A stretch of DNA of 64,000 bases from Candidatus Kapaibacterium sp. (GTDB taxonomy: Bacteria; Bacteroidota; Ignavibacteria; Kapaibacteriales; UBA2268): contig DAOMQA010000006.1 in the NCBI GenBank assembly GCA_035445085.1, forward strand, positions 21,540-85,539, read 5' to 3'. Positions within the stretch are counted from its first letter, which is position 1; the number at the start of each line of letters is the position of its first letter. The position numbers and the translations under genes are program-made. The notes beneath the pieces were generated by a model. The model made no database searches. It had not been told where the DNA came from and saw only the letters and a list, made by a program, of their open reading frames with translations. Positions 8,201-15,660 of the stretch are shown here, piece after piece.

Positions 8201-11053
8201 CCAGCCACGGTCTTGACTAATAAATGAAAGATTGACTAAATTTACAGTAGTATTACTTGGCTTTGATTTCCATGAAATGCCCCCATCTGTTGTTTTTATA
8301 ATTTTACCTGAATCTCCAACAGCCCAGCCAATATTAGAATTGATAAAAAATAATTTATTAACTCTAATACCGATTGATTGGTAAAACCAAGAATTACCTC
8401 CATTTGTTGATTTTAAATACAGAGTATCTGGAGACAAGTCGATATAGGCATCATTATCATTAATAAAGCGGATTGATGATAAATTCACATTACCTAATTT
8501 GTCTACTAATTGATTTTCCCAACTTTCACCACCATTAGTAGTTTTGAGTAGAACACCTTTTTCACCACATGCAATGCCAATACTTGAGTTATAAAAGTTA
8601 ATTGAAAATAAATTAGAGATGTTAGCAGTAGCTTTTTTAGTCCAATTATTCCCACCGTCATTGGATTTATATATTAATCCACTATCTGCAACTAAAAACG
8701 CTGTTGTTGAGTTAACAAATTTTATATCTCTAAGATTTTGCTTAGTTGATAAGTCAATTGCTGTCCAATTATTACCTCCATTTGTAGTTTTATAGAAGAC
8801 GCCACTATCTCCAATTGCAAACCCTTTATTTAAATTGAGGAAAGTTATATTCTGTATGTTTTTGCTTGTAAATGCAGTGAGTTTATTCCAAGTAGAACCC
8901 CCATTAGATGTCTTGAGAATAGTTCCCTTGTTTCCTGCTACATATCCAATATTTAGGTTAGGAAATGAAACATAATTTAAGTTTTCAAATACCTGACTAT
9001 TTTGAGACACCCAGCTATTGCCTCCATTAGTGGTTTTAAATATTGTACCTTCATTGCCAACTACCCAACCCGCATTCTTATCAGCAAGTACCATCGCATT
9101 GATATTTTTATTCGTTCCAATTTTGATTTCTTCCCAATTCTCGCCCTTATCTAACGATTTAAATATCGTTCCATAATCTCCACAGCCAAAAATCGTACTA
9201 TCATAACTCGAAAAGTAAACAGAGTTGAACATATTTGTAGCGCCAGTCTTTCTTACCTTCCAGCTTGTGCCACCATCTGAAGATTGGATTATAGTCATCA
9301 GATCGCCCATAGCTAATACTGAAGTTTCACTATAAAGTTTAATAACGTTTAAATCATTGCCTTGCGGATAGCTATTTCTCCAATTCCATACCTGCTCTTT
9401 TTTTATAACTTCTGTAGTAAATTTAATGATATTATTAGATTTTGCATAATATAAGGTATTATATTTTAAATTATATGGTAAATTTAAGAATTTACCATTA
9501 CTAATAAGCGTGTCTGAATTAGTAGCAAAAGTAGAGTCAGTAGATAAATATACAATAAATGATTTATCCTTATTTCCTTCAAATATAGGTTGGATTGTTA
9601 CGCCGATTTGATTGTCAAAGGGAGAGATTATGTCTGCTAAGACAGCGCCTGCGGTGTTGCCACCAATCATACTTGTTACAAAGACATCATTAAGACTTGT
9701 TTGGCTTAATGAATCTTCATTTGTATATAATTTAGGTGAGTTGAAATACCCAGTAAATATAATTTGTCCGTTTTCATTGCTTGCGATACTTTCTAAATAA
9801 TCAGAAGAATTCCCATAAATACGAGATAGATTTTTAACGTTCCCATTTGTATCTAATATTGAAATGTATGAATCGACTCCTTGCACTTGCTCTAATTTCC
9901 TATTCGATGGAAATATTAAAGAATCAGAATTATAATCTCCAGCACTCCAAATATTATTATATTTATCGATATGAATAAATTTGCCGTAGTCGTTGTTATT
10001 TCCATAGTACTTATTTGCCCATTTAAAATTGCCATTATTGTCCAATTTTGTAATAAATACATCTCTTTGTGAAAAATTATTTAAGCTAATAAATGAGCCA
10101 AAATTAAGGATTGGTGAGTTAAATGAACCAATAACATATACGTTGTTTTTACTATCTAGATCTAATGAATAAGCCTCGTCAGTTGCAGAGCCATATATTT
10201 TTTGTACCCATTGACATACTCCTGCGGAAGAATATTTGCTAATAAATACGTCGCTTAAACCAGAGTTACTAAGGCTAAAACCATTATTAAAATTTAGAGT
10301 AGCAGAGCTATAATACCCAGCAGTATAGACATTGTTATCATTATCTACTTTGATGGTAAATATGTTATCTAAGCCCGTTCCGGCAATCTTTTCAGCCCAT
10401 TGGCAAAGCCCGCTATTGTTATATTTAGCTATAAAAATATCTAATGAGCTAAAGTTATTCAAAAACTTTCCGTTGTTCATATTAATACTTGAAGAAGTAA
10501 AAGTGCCGCTAATATAGATATTACCAGAGCTATCCAAGTCAATACTATTTGCTAAGTCTGAATTATTTCCAGCTATATTGATTGCCCATTGACAAGTTCC
10601 ATTAGTATTGTATTTGCTTAAGAAAGCATCATTAGAGCCAATATTATTAATCGTTTTACCATTATTAAACGTTAGATTTGCAGAAGAGTAATAGCCAACT
10701 AGGTAGATATTGCCGTGTTTATCTACTTTAAGTTGTGTAGCCTGATCGGTACCAGCACCATAAATTTTTTGAGCCCACTGACAAATTCCACTACTATTGT
10801 ATTTAGCTAGAAAAATATCACCTAAGCCGTCTCCCGATAATGTAACTCCATTGTTAAAATTTAGATTGGAGGAATTAAAATCACCTAAGATATAAATATT
10901 GCCTGCCGAATCTAAGTCTATACTTCGCCCGTAATCCTGCTGACTACCTCCAATTTTAAAAAGTAAGTTAGGGCTTGCAGAAAATAAGTTATTCAAATTA
11001 AATAAAAGGCAAACAATAATCAATAATGTATTATAAATCTTTTTCATCTTCAA
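5264..11053 (-). CDS. Giant secreted cell-surface protein: signal peptide, SBBP beta-propeller repeats, BNR/Ycf48-like propeller repeats, FN3/Ig-like modules, T9SS C-terminal sorting domain
   Basis: 1929 aa. The N-terminal signal peptide is MKMKKIYNTLLIIVCLLFNLNNLFSA. About 9 SBBP-type repeats follow (GNIYILGDF...FLAKYNSSGICQW). A mid-region has many S/T-x-D/N-G-G-x-S/T-W blades (SSDGGTSWK, TNGGNSW, TSDGGTNW). The later part has FN3-like WRVKA and YYWRVKS motifs. The C-terminus (IELYPIPANDKVTVKSSVNINQIEIYNLEGRLINSL...) is typical of the Por/T9SS secretion tail. Confidence 0.85.
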   Translation of the reverse strand: MKMKKIYNTLLIIVCLLFNLNNLFSASPNLLFKIGGSQQDYGRSIDLDSAGNIYILGDFNSSNLNFNNGVTLSGDGLGDIFLAKYNSSGICQWAQKIYGAGTDQATQLKVDKHGNIYLVGYYSSANLTFNNGKTINNIGSNDAFLSKYNTNGTCQWAINIAGNNSDLANSIDLDSSGNIYISGTFTSSSINMNNGKFLNNFSSLDIFIAKYNNSGLCQWAEKIAGTGLDNIFTIKVDNDNNVYTAGYYSSATLNFNNGFSLSNSGLSDVFISKYSSAGVCQWVQKIYGSATDEAYSLDLDSKNNVYVIGSFNSPILNFGSFISLNNFSQRDVFITKLDNNGNFKWANKYYGNNNDYGKFIHIDKYNNIWSAGDYNSDSLIFPSNRKLEQVQGVDSYISILDTNGNVKNLSRIYGNSSDYLESIASNENGQIIFTGYFNSPKLYTNEDSLSQTSLNDVFVTSMIGGNTAGAVLADIISPFDNQIGVTIQPIFEGNKDKSFIVYLSTDSTFATNSDTLISNGKFLNLPYNLKYNTLYYAKSNNIIKFTTEVIKKEQVWNWRNSYPQGNDLNVIKLYSETSVLAMGDLMTIIQSSDGGTSWKVRKTGATNMFNSVYFSSYDSTIFGCGDYGTIFKSLDKGENWEEIKIGTNKNINAMVLADKNAGWVVGNEGTIFKTTNGGNSWVSQNSQVFENLNYVSFPNLNIGYVAGNKGTILKTSNGGSTWNKLTAFTSKNIQNITFLNLNKGFAIGDSGVFYKTTNGGNNWTAIDLSTKQNLRDIKFVNSTTAFLVADSGLIYKSNDGGNNWTKKATANISNLFSINFYNSSIGIACGEKGVLLKTTNGGESWENQLVDKLGNVNLSSIRFINDNDAYIDLSPDTLYLKSTNGGNSWFYQSIGIRVNKLFFINSNIGWAVGDSGKIIKTTDGGISWKSKPSNTTVNLVNLSFISQDRGWATGNNGYLLITNDGGENWLSQNVGSDNNYLQVIFTDNNNGWVITNQSEILYTSDGGTNWNYQINPSDASLTKLFFLNNQIGWGIFGNNNIIKTTDGGANWQLVNTGYTNIKDIFFVDNFNGWATGDRIIYTSDGGDTWYQQGQVTRNKINGLYFKNYNHGWGVGENGTILEFDNTDFVILAPDLIEPENNSINISIIPNFEWSKPSKSNKYRLQISSNSSFTNIIYDVTTINNSLKLLINDKLNQNTIYYWRVKASDDIDSSFWSVAYSFKTQAQLVQATLLTPNNGNFNTIHKPQFSWTSVPFADKYYIQLSTSLTFDPLNTKNDTTNSNSFIPANFLSQVTNYFWRVKAANEANESDWSSIFTFTTDTIAIPDVPTLLSPANNSIDVVKIGYVLWNKAAHSVYYRLQIAKDSNFTNLVIDSTNIIDTNYHYTSLEISSKYYWRVKSYNWLGDESSWSSKRNFTTITYEIIPDTWNIVSNTGNNATILVPLAINPKIDKRNIVRGDVIGVFYSRGSEIYCAGYGIWNNQNLSITVWGDDTQTPIKDGYAIGEKYFLKFWDGQVGREIYANFTIASGPDSYDIDGLTILGQANGITPSYNNIYLPIGWNLISSYVKPENGQMEAVFDKIKSSISIVKNKYGNSYIPAFGINNIGKWDYKQAYQVYMVSSDTLKVKGIAVTPENETINLLLGWYFVAYLKNTDNSIVSSLATLTNTNSLFICKNNAGQVYIPQYSINTIGNMKVGQGYNMYITNPPAQLTYPANPPTKGSINTITPLPKYLIPDTKETGNYSVVLAYTDAENYNELGAYNSNGQLVGSGCVFNGIATIIIWGNNEETELIEGALNNEKITFKFYDTKSSTLRDVNLVEVYNLISQYTENEYRYSANQVLRATIKENNLGDGIELYPIPANDKVTVKSSVNINQIEIYNLEGRLINSLKLNHNINSNTINIDLNDLQNGEYNLLLITDTGITHKKLIIKR
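10200..10960. repeat. Intragenic tandem DNA repeats of about 190 bp (at least 3 clear copies), encoding paired SBBP repeats of the giant protein
   Basis: Near-identical units begin at about 10385, 10575 and 10765 (gcccattg[g/a]caa...tatttagct...aaaatatc...). More diverged copies lie upstream and downstream. Confidence 0.7.
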
Positions 11054-11156
11054 TTCTCGTGATTACACAACATATATAAGGTATATCGGCAGTTTTATGA
11101 AATAATTAACATGAATTTCGTCATTCCGTCATTGATAATTTAACAAAATAATACAA

Positions 11157-12461
11157 ATGAAGAAAGAACAAACTAATACTATTGATAATATATCGGTCAT
11201 AACTTTAGGCTGCTCCAAAAACTTGGTAGATTCGGAAAGGTTTACTGGTTTATTATTAAATAATGGATTTAAGTATACTGATGACTCCAAAAAGACCGAT
11301 GCTTTAATTATAAATACATGCGGTTTTATCGGTCCTGCTAAAGAAGAAAATATTAATGTAATATTAGAAGCTGCAGAGCTAAGAAGAAGAGGGAAACTTA
11401 AAAAGTTAATAGTAACAGGTTGTCTTTCTGAAAGATATAATAAAGAATTAACTGAACAAATTGCAAATGTAGACCATTTCTTTGGAGTAAATTCTGATGA
11501 GAAAATATTAAGAGCATTGAAAGGTGGAGATAAATATAATTTGATTGGAGAAAGAATGCTCTTTACTCCAAAGCACTATGCTTATCTAAAAATTTCAGAA
11601 GGTTGCAATCAAAAGTGTTCATTTTGTGCTATTCCTCTGATGAGGGGCAAATATGAAACCTTTGATAAGACGCATTTGATTAAAGAAGCTAATAGGCTGG
11701 CTAAAGCCGGTATCAAAGAATTAATACTCATAGCCCAAGATAGTACTTATTATGGTAAAGATGTGAATGGTGAACAGTCTATAGCACGTTTGTTGAACGA
11801 AGTATCTTCGATTGATGGCATTGAATGGGTGAGAATGATGTATGCTTACCCACGCCAGTTTCCATATTCTGTTTTACCAGAAATCGCAGAAAACCCCAAG
11901 ATTGTTAAATATGTAGACGTTCCCTTGCAACACATATCCAACAATGTATTAATGTCTATGAAGAGAGGTATCAAAAGAGTAAAAATAGAAAAATTAGTCA
12001 ACGAGATTCGTAATCAAATACCAAATGTTGCTATTAGAAGTACTTTTATTGTTGGATATCCTAACGAAACAGAAAAAGATTTTCTTGAATTGTTAGAATG
12101 GATTAAAGAAGTAAAATTAGATAGGGTAGGGGTATTTACGTATTCGCAAGAAGAAGGAACAAGCGCTTATCCATTGGGAGACCCTATTCCTCAAACTGTG
12201 AAAGAAGAAAGAAGAGGGTTAATAATGGAAGCACAACAAGCAATCTCCTTAGAAAAGAATACAAAAAAAATTGGTACTACTCTAAAAGTATTAGTAGATG
12301 GCAGAGAAAGAGGTAATTATTTTGGAAGAACCCAGCACGATGCTCCAGATGTTGATAATTTAGTATATTTCAAAACTTTGCTACCCCTAAAGCCGGGCGA
12401 ATTTGTAAATATTAAAATAGATAGGGCAGAAGAGTACGATCTGTTTGGAAATATTGTTTAA
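11157..12461 (+). CDS. rimO: Ribosomal protein S12 methylthiotransferase (radical SAM, MiaB family)
   Basis: 434 aa. The N-terminus ISVITLGCSKNLVDSE is a MiaB-like MTTase domain. The radical-SAM CxxxCxxC motif is present in EGCNQKCSFCAIP. A C-terminal TRAM domain is present. Both size and N-terminus fit RimO better than MiaB. Confidence 0.75.
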   Translation: MKKEQTNTIDNISVITLGCSKNLVDSERFTGLLLNNGFKYTDDSKKTDALIINTCGFIGPAKEENINVILEAAELRRRGKLKKLIVTGCLSERYNKELTEQIANVDHFFGVNSDEKILRALKGGDKYNLIGERMLFTPKHYAYLKISEGCNQKCSFCAIPLMRGKYETFDKTHLIKEANRLAKAGIKELILIAQDSTYYGKDVNGEQSIARLLNEVSSIDGIEWVRMMYAYPRQFPYSVLPEIAENPKIVKYVDVPLQHISNNVLMSMKRGIKRVKIEKLVNEIRNQIPNVAIRSTFIVGYPNETEKDFLELLEWIKEVKLDRVGVFTYSQEEGTSAYPLGDPIPQTVKEERRGLIMEAQQAISLEKNTKKIGTTLKVLVDGRERGNYFGRTQHDAPDVDNLVYFKTLLPLKPGEFVNIKIDRAEEYDLFGNIV

Positions 12462-13624
12462 TGAAAACAATTGAAATTAAAAAGAACCATCACAAAAGAG
12501 TACTAAGTGGTCATTTATGGATATTTAGTAACGAACTTGTTAGTATACCTAAATATTCACCAGGCGAGTTAGTAGAGGTATTTTACGAAAATCAATCTTT
12601 AGGTTTTGGTTTTTATAATCCTAATAGCCTAATATCTTGCAGACTTTTAAAATACAGTGATACTAATATTCAATCTTTAATTTATGAACGAATTTTAAAT
12701 GCAAAAAAGCTAAGAGAACTATTAATTCCTAATGCCAATTCTTATAGATTGATTTATGGTGAATCTGATTTATTGCCAGGGCTAATTGTTGATAAATATG
12801 AGGATTATTTTGTAATACAGATACTATCTTATGGCTTTGAAATAAGAAAAGAAATACTTATTGATACTTTGTTAAGTATATTTAAACAGACGAAAGGGAT
12901 AATATCAAGAGGAAATTCTAAACTCCGTGAATTGGAAGGGCTTGCTAATACTGATGAAATACTATTTGGTAGTATTCCCGATAATATAGAGATTGAAGAT
13001 AATGGAATCAAAATTACAGTGAATTTAATTAGTGGTCAAAAAACTGGTTACTTCTTAGACCAAAGATATAATAGACATTATTTAAGAGCAATCTCTAAAG
13101 ATAAAACTATTTTAGATGTATATTGTAATTTGGGCGGTTTTGGGCTTAATGCCTACAAAGGAGGCGCAAAAGAGGTAACTTTTATTGATGTGTCAGCGCA
13201 AGCCATAGAAAATACTAAGAAAAATCTGCTAAGTAATAATTTTGATAATTATTACTTATGTAATGAGGATGTGTTCTCATTTTTACCAAATTTGATTTCT
13301 CAAGGTAAAAAATATGATATTATTGTTTTAGATCCTCCTGCCTTTGCCAAAAATAAGAAATCTATTTATACTGCCGAAGCTGCATATGCTAAGTTAAATA
13401 GATATGGGATCAAACTTTTAAATAAAAATGGATTTTTAATAAGCTCGAGCTGTTCGCATTATATTGATGAGAGAAAATTTAATGAAATTATTAGTAAAGA
13501 AATTGCAAAATCTGGAAGAAATGCAAGATTAGTTTATAAGGCAGGTCATTCACCAGACCATCCAATCCTTCCATCAATGCCTGAAACAGAGTATTTAAAA
13601 TATTTAGTACATTTTGTTGAATGA
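12461..13624 (+). CDS. rlmI: Class I SAM-dependent 23S rRNA (m5C) methyltransferase, RlmI family, with an N-terminal PUA domain
   Basis: 387 aa containing the SAM-binding region and VLDPPAFAKNKKS (a DPPxF-type motif). The start overlaps the rimO stop (TAATG). The gene ends with a TGA stop (...VHFVE*). Confidence 0.75.
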   Translation: MKTIEIKKNHHKRVLSGHLWIFSNELVSIPKYSPGELVEVFYENQSLGFGFYNPNSLISCRLLKYSDTNIQSLIYERILNAKKLRELLIPNANSYRLIYGESDLLPGLIVDKYEDYFVIQILSYGFEIRKEILIDTLLSIFKQTKGIISRGNSKLRELEGLANTDEILFGSIPDNIEIEDNGIKITVNLISGQKTGYFLDQRYNRHYLRAISKDKTILDVYCNLGGFGLNAYKGGAKEVTFIDVSAQAIENTKKNLLSNNFDNYYLCNEDVFSFLPNLISQGKKYDIIVLDPPAFAKNKKSIYTAEAAYAKLNRYGIKLLNKNGFLISSSCSHYIDERKFNEIISKEIAKSGRNARLVYKAGHSPDHPILPSMPETEYLKYLVHFVE

Positions 13625-13749
13625 TTTTAATGAAATAGCTTGGCTTGTATGTAGTAAGAGTTCATGTGATATATGTCTTTGTTAAATTGTACCGAGGTTG
13701 GGGTGTGGAATAGGGTATTTTAATACTCATTGTACTCTTACGATATATA

Positions 13750-13971
13750 CTATTTATTGTCAAACAATTCGGCTGGATTAATTTTAAATTGTAGCATCTT
13801 TGCAGTATCTCTACCTCCATCACCACCTTTTTTTTGCATAGTAATTTTTCCTATTTTAAAATTCCCTCTGTTAGTAATTTCAATTTCTCCGTTTCCAAAA
13901 TAGTTTATACAAAAATTCATTGGTTTTAGAACCCATCTTGCATTTTTCTCAACTTTTTGAACTACTAACAT
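13750..13971 (-). CDS. Possible C-terminal continuation of the same endonuclease reading frame (73 aa), separated from it only by the TGA codon
   Basis: Its ATG at 13969-13971 directly abuts the TGA at 13972-13974 in the same frame, so the combined frame would be about 248 aa. This could be a nonsense-interrupted pseudogene, or a genuine two-ORF arrangement. Confidence 0.3.
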   Translation of the reverse strand: MLVVQKVEKNARWVLKPMNFCINYFGNGEIEITNRGNFKIGKITMQKKGGDGGRDTAKMLQFKINPAELFDNK

Positions 13972-14496
13972 TCATTCTGCTACAAATTTTCCTTGCCCTT
14001 TCAATATGTCTGATACAATTAAATATTGATTATTCTTTAACCATTCTAAAATTATTTTCTGTTCAACTTCAGAAAATTCATTTGCAAACATTCTTCTTTT
14101 GTCTTTGGGCTTTTTGATTGTGGGTTCTTCTTCTCCTGTATATCTCTTTAAAATTGAAACGACTTGTAATGGAATACTCCACATTTCTGTATATTTATCT
14201 ACCCATCGCTTATCAATTTGATTAAATCCTTTGGTATTACTTACCAATTTAACCTGTAAATTTTCAACATCAATTGCCTTCCTGAGTTTTATAGTTACTT
14301 GTACCTGAACGTCAGTTTTGTAACCAGATATTTTTACAGCTTCAAGATATTCTATTTCGGAAAGCTTGTATTTCATTAAGATTAACCACGCTTGAGCATC
14401 TTTATCTTTTTTCCAATCGTTAAACTTTTTAACTATATCATCTTCATTTCTAAAGCCGTCTTTTGCTGTTTGAGAACCTCTTTCTACTAAATTCAT
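13972..14496 (-). CDS. Putative Type II restriction endonuclease, N-terminal segment; ends at an in-frame TGA
   Basis: 174-aa ORF whose start lies 4 nt downstream of the methyltransferase stop (M gene then R gene, tightly coupled). I recognise no housekeeping-family signature in it. The sequence is basic and K-rich (KRW..KRY) and ends FVAE-TGA. Confidence 0.5.
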   Translation of the reverse strand: MNLVERGSQTAKDGFRNEDDIVKKFNDWKKDKDAQAWLILMKYKLSEIEYLEAVKISGYKTDVQVQVTIKLRKAIDVENLQVKLVSNTKGFNQIDKRWVDKYTEMWSIPLQVVSILKRYTGEEEPTIKKPKDKRRMFANEFSEVEQKIILEWLKNNQYLIVSDILKGQGKFVAE

Positions 14497-14500
14497 ATTA

Positions 14501-15289
14501 TTATATTACTGTAAATAAGTTATGCTTTGTATGTTCCTTTAGTCTTTCTTCTGAAATCTCAACGTATTCTTTTGAGATTTCGGAACCAATCCACTTCCGA
14601 TTTAATAAATGTGCAATTTTTGCAGTGGTACCACTTCCCATAAAAGGGTCATAAATTAAGTCGTTTTCGTTAGTCCACGTATTAATTTGGTCAGCAACTA
14701 GTTTTTCTGGAAAAATAGCGGGATGATTATATGCAATCTTATCTTTTGTAGAAATGCCTCCACCAACTGAATAAAAGAAAACGTTACCTACTTTTTTTTC
14801 TGTTGTTCTTTCTACTTTTTCATAATCAAGAGTACCATTTTGTCCTCTATTTTTCATATTAGCAAGCCCTTGATATTTTGTAGGCTCTGTAATTGGATTA
14901 AATGTTTTGGGGCTACCTTTTGAAAATGCAAACATATATTCAAAATGCTGATGATATCTGTTCCCGGTTTGAGGCATAGGATTATTTTTATAGTAAATCA
15001 TTGTATCATGTAGTCTAAAACCAACTCCTTTAAAAAATAATGCCTGTTTAAAAGATGTTCCAGTTTCGCTTCCGTCAATTGTTGCGTCAGCTACAACCCA
15101 AATAATGACTCCTCCTTGTTTTATAATACGGAATAATTCATTTGCAATTTTGTCAAATTCAAATTGATAACCATTATAATTTCTTATACCGTCATAAGGT
15201 GGCGATGTGATTACAAAGTCAACATAGTTGTCTGGCATATTTTTCATTGTAATCAAACAATCTTCATTATATATTTTTGCAAGGTCCAT
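14501..15289 (-). CDS. Beta-class DNA methyltransferase (N4-cytosine or N6-adenine), Type II R-M modification subunit
   Basis: 262 aa. Motif IV (SPPY) is near the N-terminus in VDFVITSPPYDG. Motif I/FxGxG (DPFMGSGTTAKIA) is near the C-terminus. This circularly permuted order defines the beta class. SPPY rather than DPPY/NPPY is more typical of N4-cytosine enzymes. Confidence 0.85.
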   Translation of the reverse strand: MDLAKIYNEDCLITMKNMPDNYVDFVITSPPYDGIRNYNGYQFEFDKIANELFRIIKQGGVIIWVVADATIDGSETGTSFKQALFFKGVGFRLHDTMIYYKNNPMPQTGNRYHQHFEYMFAFSKGSPKTFNPITEPTKYQGLANMKNRGQNGTLDYEKVERTTEKKVGNVFFYSVGGGISTKDKIAYNHPAIFPEKLVADQINTWTNENDLIYDPFMGSGTTAKIAHLLNRKWIGSEISKEYVEISEERLKEHTKHNLFTVI

Positions 15290-15442
15290 GTTACAAATTT
15301 AATCAATTTTTACGTTAAAATGAGCAGTATTTTTGCATATTTAATATTGCTATAACATAAGGCTTATATTTGCTTATTTATAGTCGTTGTCTGAATCTTC
15401 GGGTTGAACTGTATTTATTATTAAGAATAATCAACTTACGTG

Positions 15443-15516
15443 TGGACTCTACAGGATTCGAACCGGCGACCTCCACGATGTCAACGTGGCGCTCTAACCA
15501 ACTGAGCTAAGAGTCC
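15443..15516 (-). tRNA. tRNA-Val (anticodon GAC)
   Basis: The reverse complement, GGACTCTTAGCTCAGTTGGTTAGAGCGCCACGTTGACATCGTGGAGGTCGCCGGTTCGAATCCGGTAGAGTCCA, folds as a cloverleaf. It has a 7-bp acceptor stem, a D-arm AGCTCAGTTGGTTAGAGC, anticodon loop TTGACAT and a T-arm GGTTCGAATCC. CCA is not encoded. Confidence 0.9.
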
Positions 15517-15660
15517 AAAAGTATATGCACAAAAGTACTAATATTTTTTATAAAATTACTAATATGTTGAAAAGTTTTTAATCAAAAAATCAAAATAAAA
15601 TCAAGTCTTATCATTTACTATTCTAATTTTTTGTATGATTTTTAAATTATTTGGTGAAAT

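Noticed and set aside
10200-10960. Regularly spaced ~190-bp repeats as a possible CRISPR array
   Set aside because: The units are contiguous, about 190 bp and coding (SBBP repeats) within an uninterrupted 1929-codon ORF. There are no short spacers and no cas genes.
11054-11156. Direct repeat cgtcattc/cgtcattg in the divergent rimO / giant-gene intergenic region as a regulatory site
   Set aside because: It is only 8 bp, a single occurrence, with no dyad symmetry or recurrence elsewhere in the window.
13972-13974. In-frame TGA in the endonuclease frame as selenocysteine or an alternative genetic code (UGA sense codon)
   Set aside because: rlmI (12461-13624) plainly terminates with TGA, and every other long gene terminates with TAA, TAG or TGA in standard fashion. 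No SECIS-like hairpin follows the codon. No sel genes are present.
13920-14117. 65-aa plus-strand ORF overlapping the endonuclease gene
   Set aside because: It is entirely antisense to the better-supported minus-strand ORF and of low complexity.
15290-15660. Integrase, transposase or attachment-site repeats marking the tRNA-Val-adjacent R-M block as a mobile element
   Set aside because: No integrase or transposase ORF is present. The only similarity to the tRNA 3' end that I could find by eye (around 13700-13745) is too degenerate to call a direct repeat.
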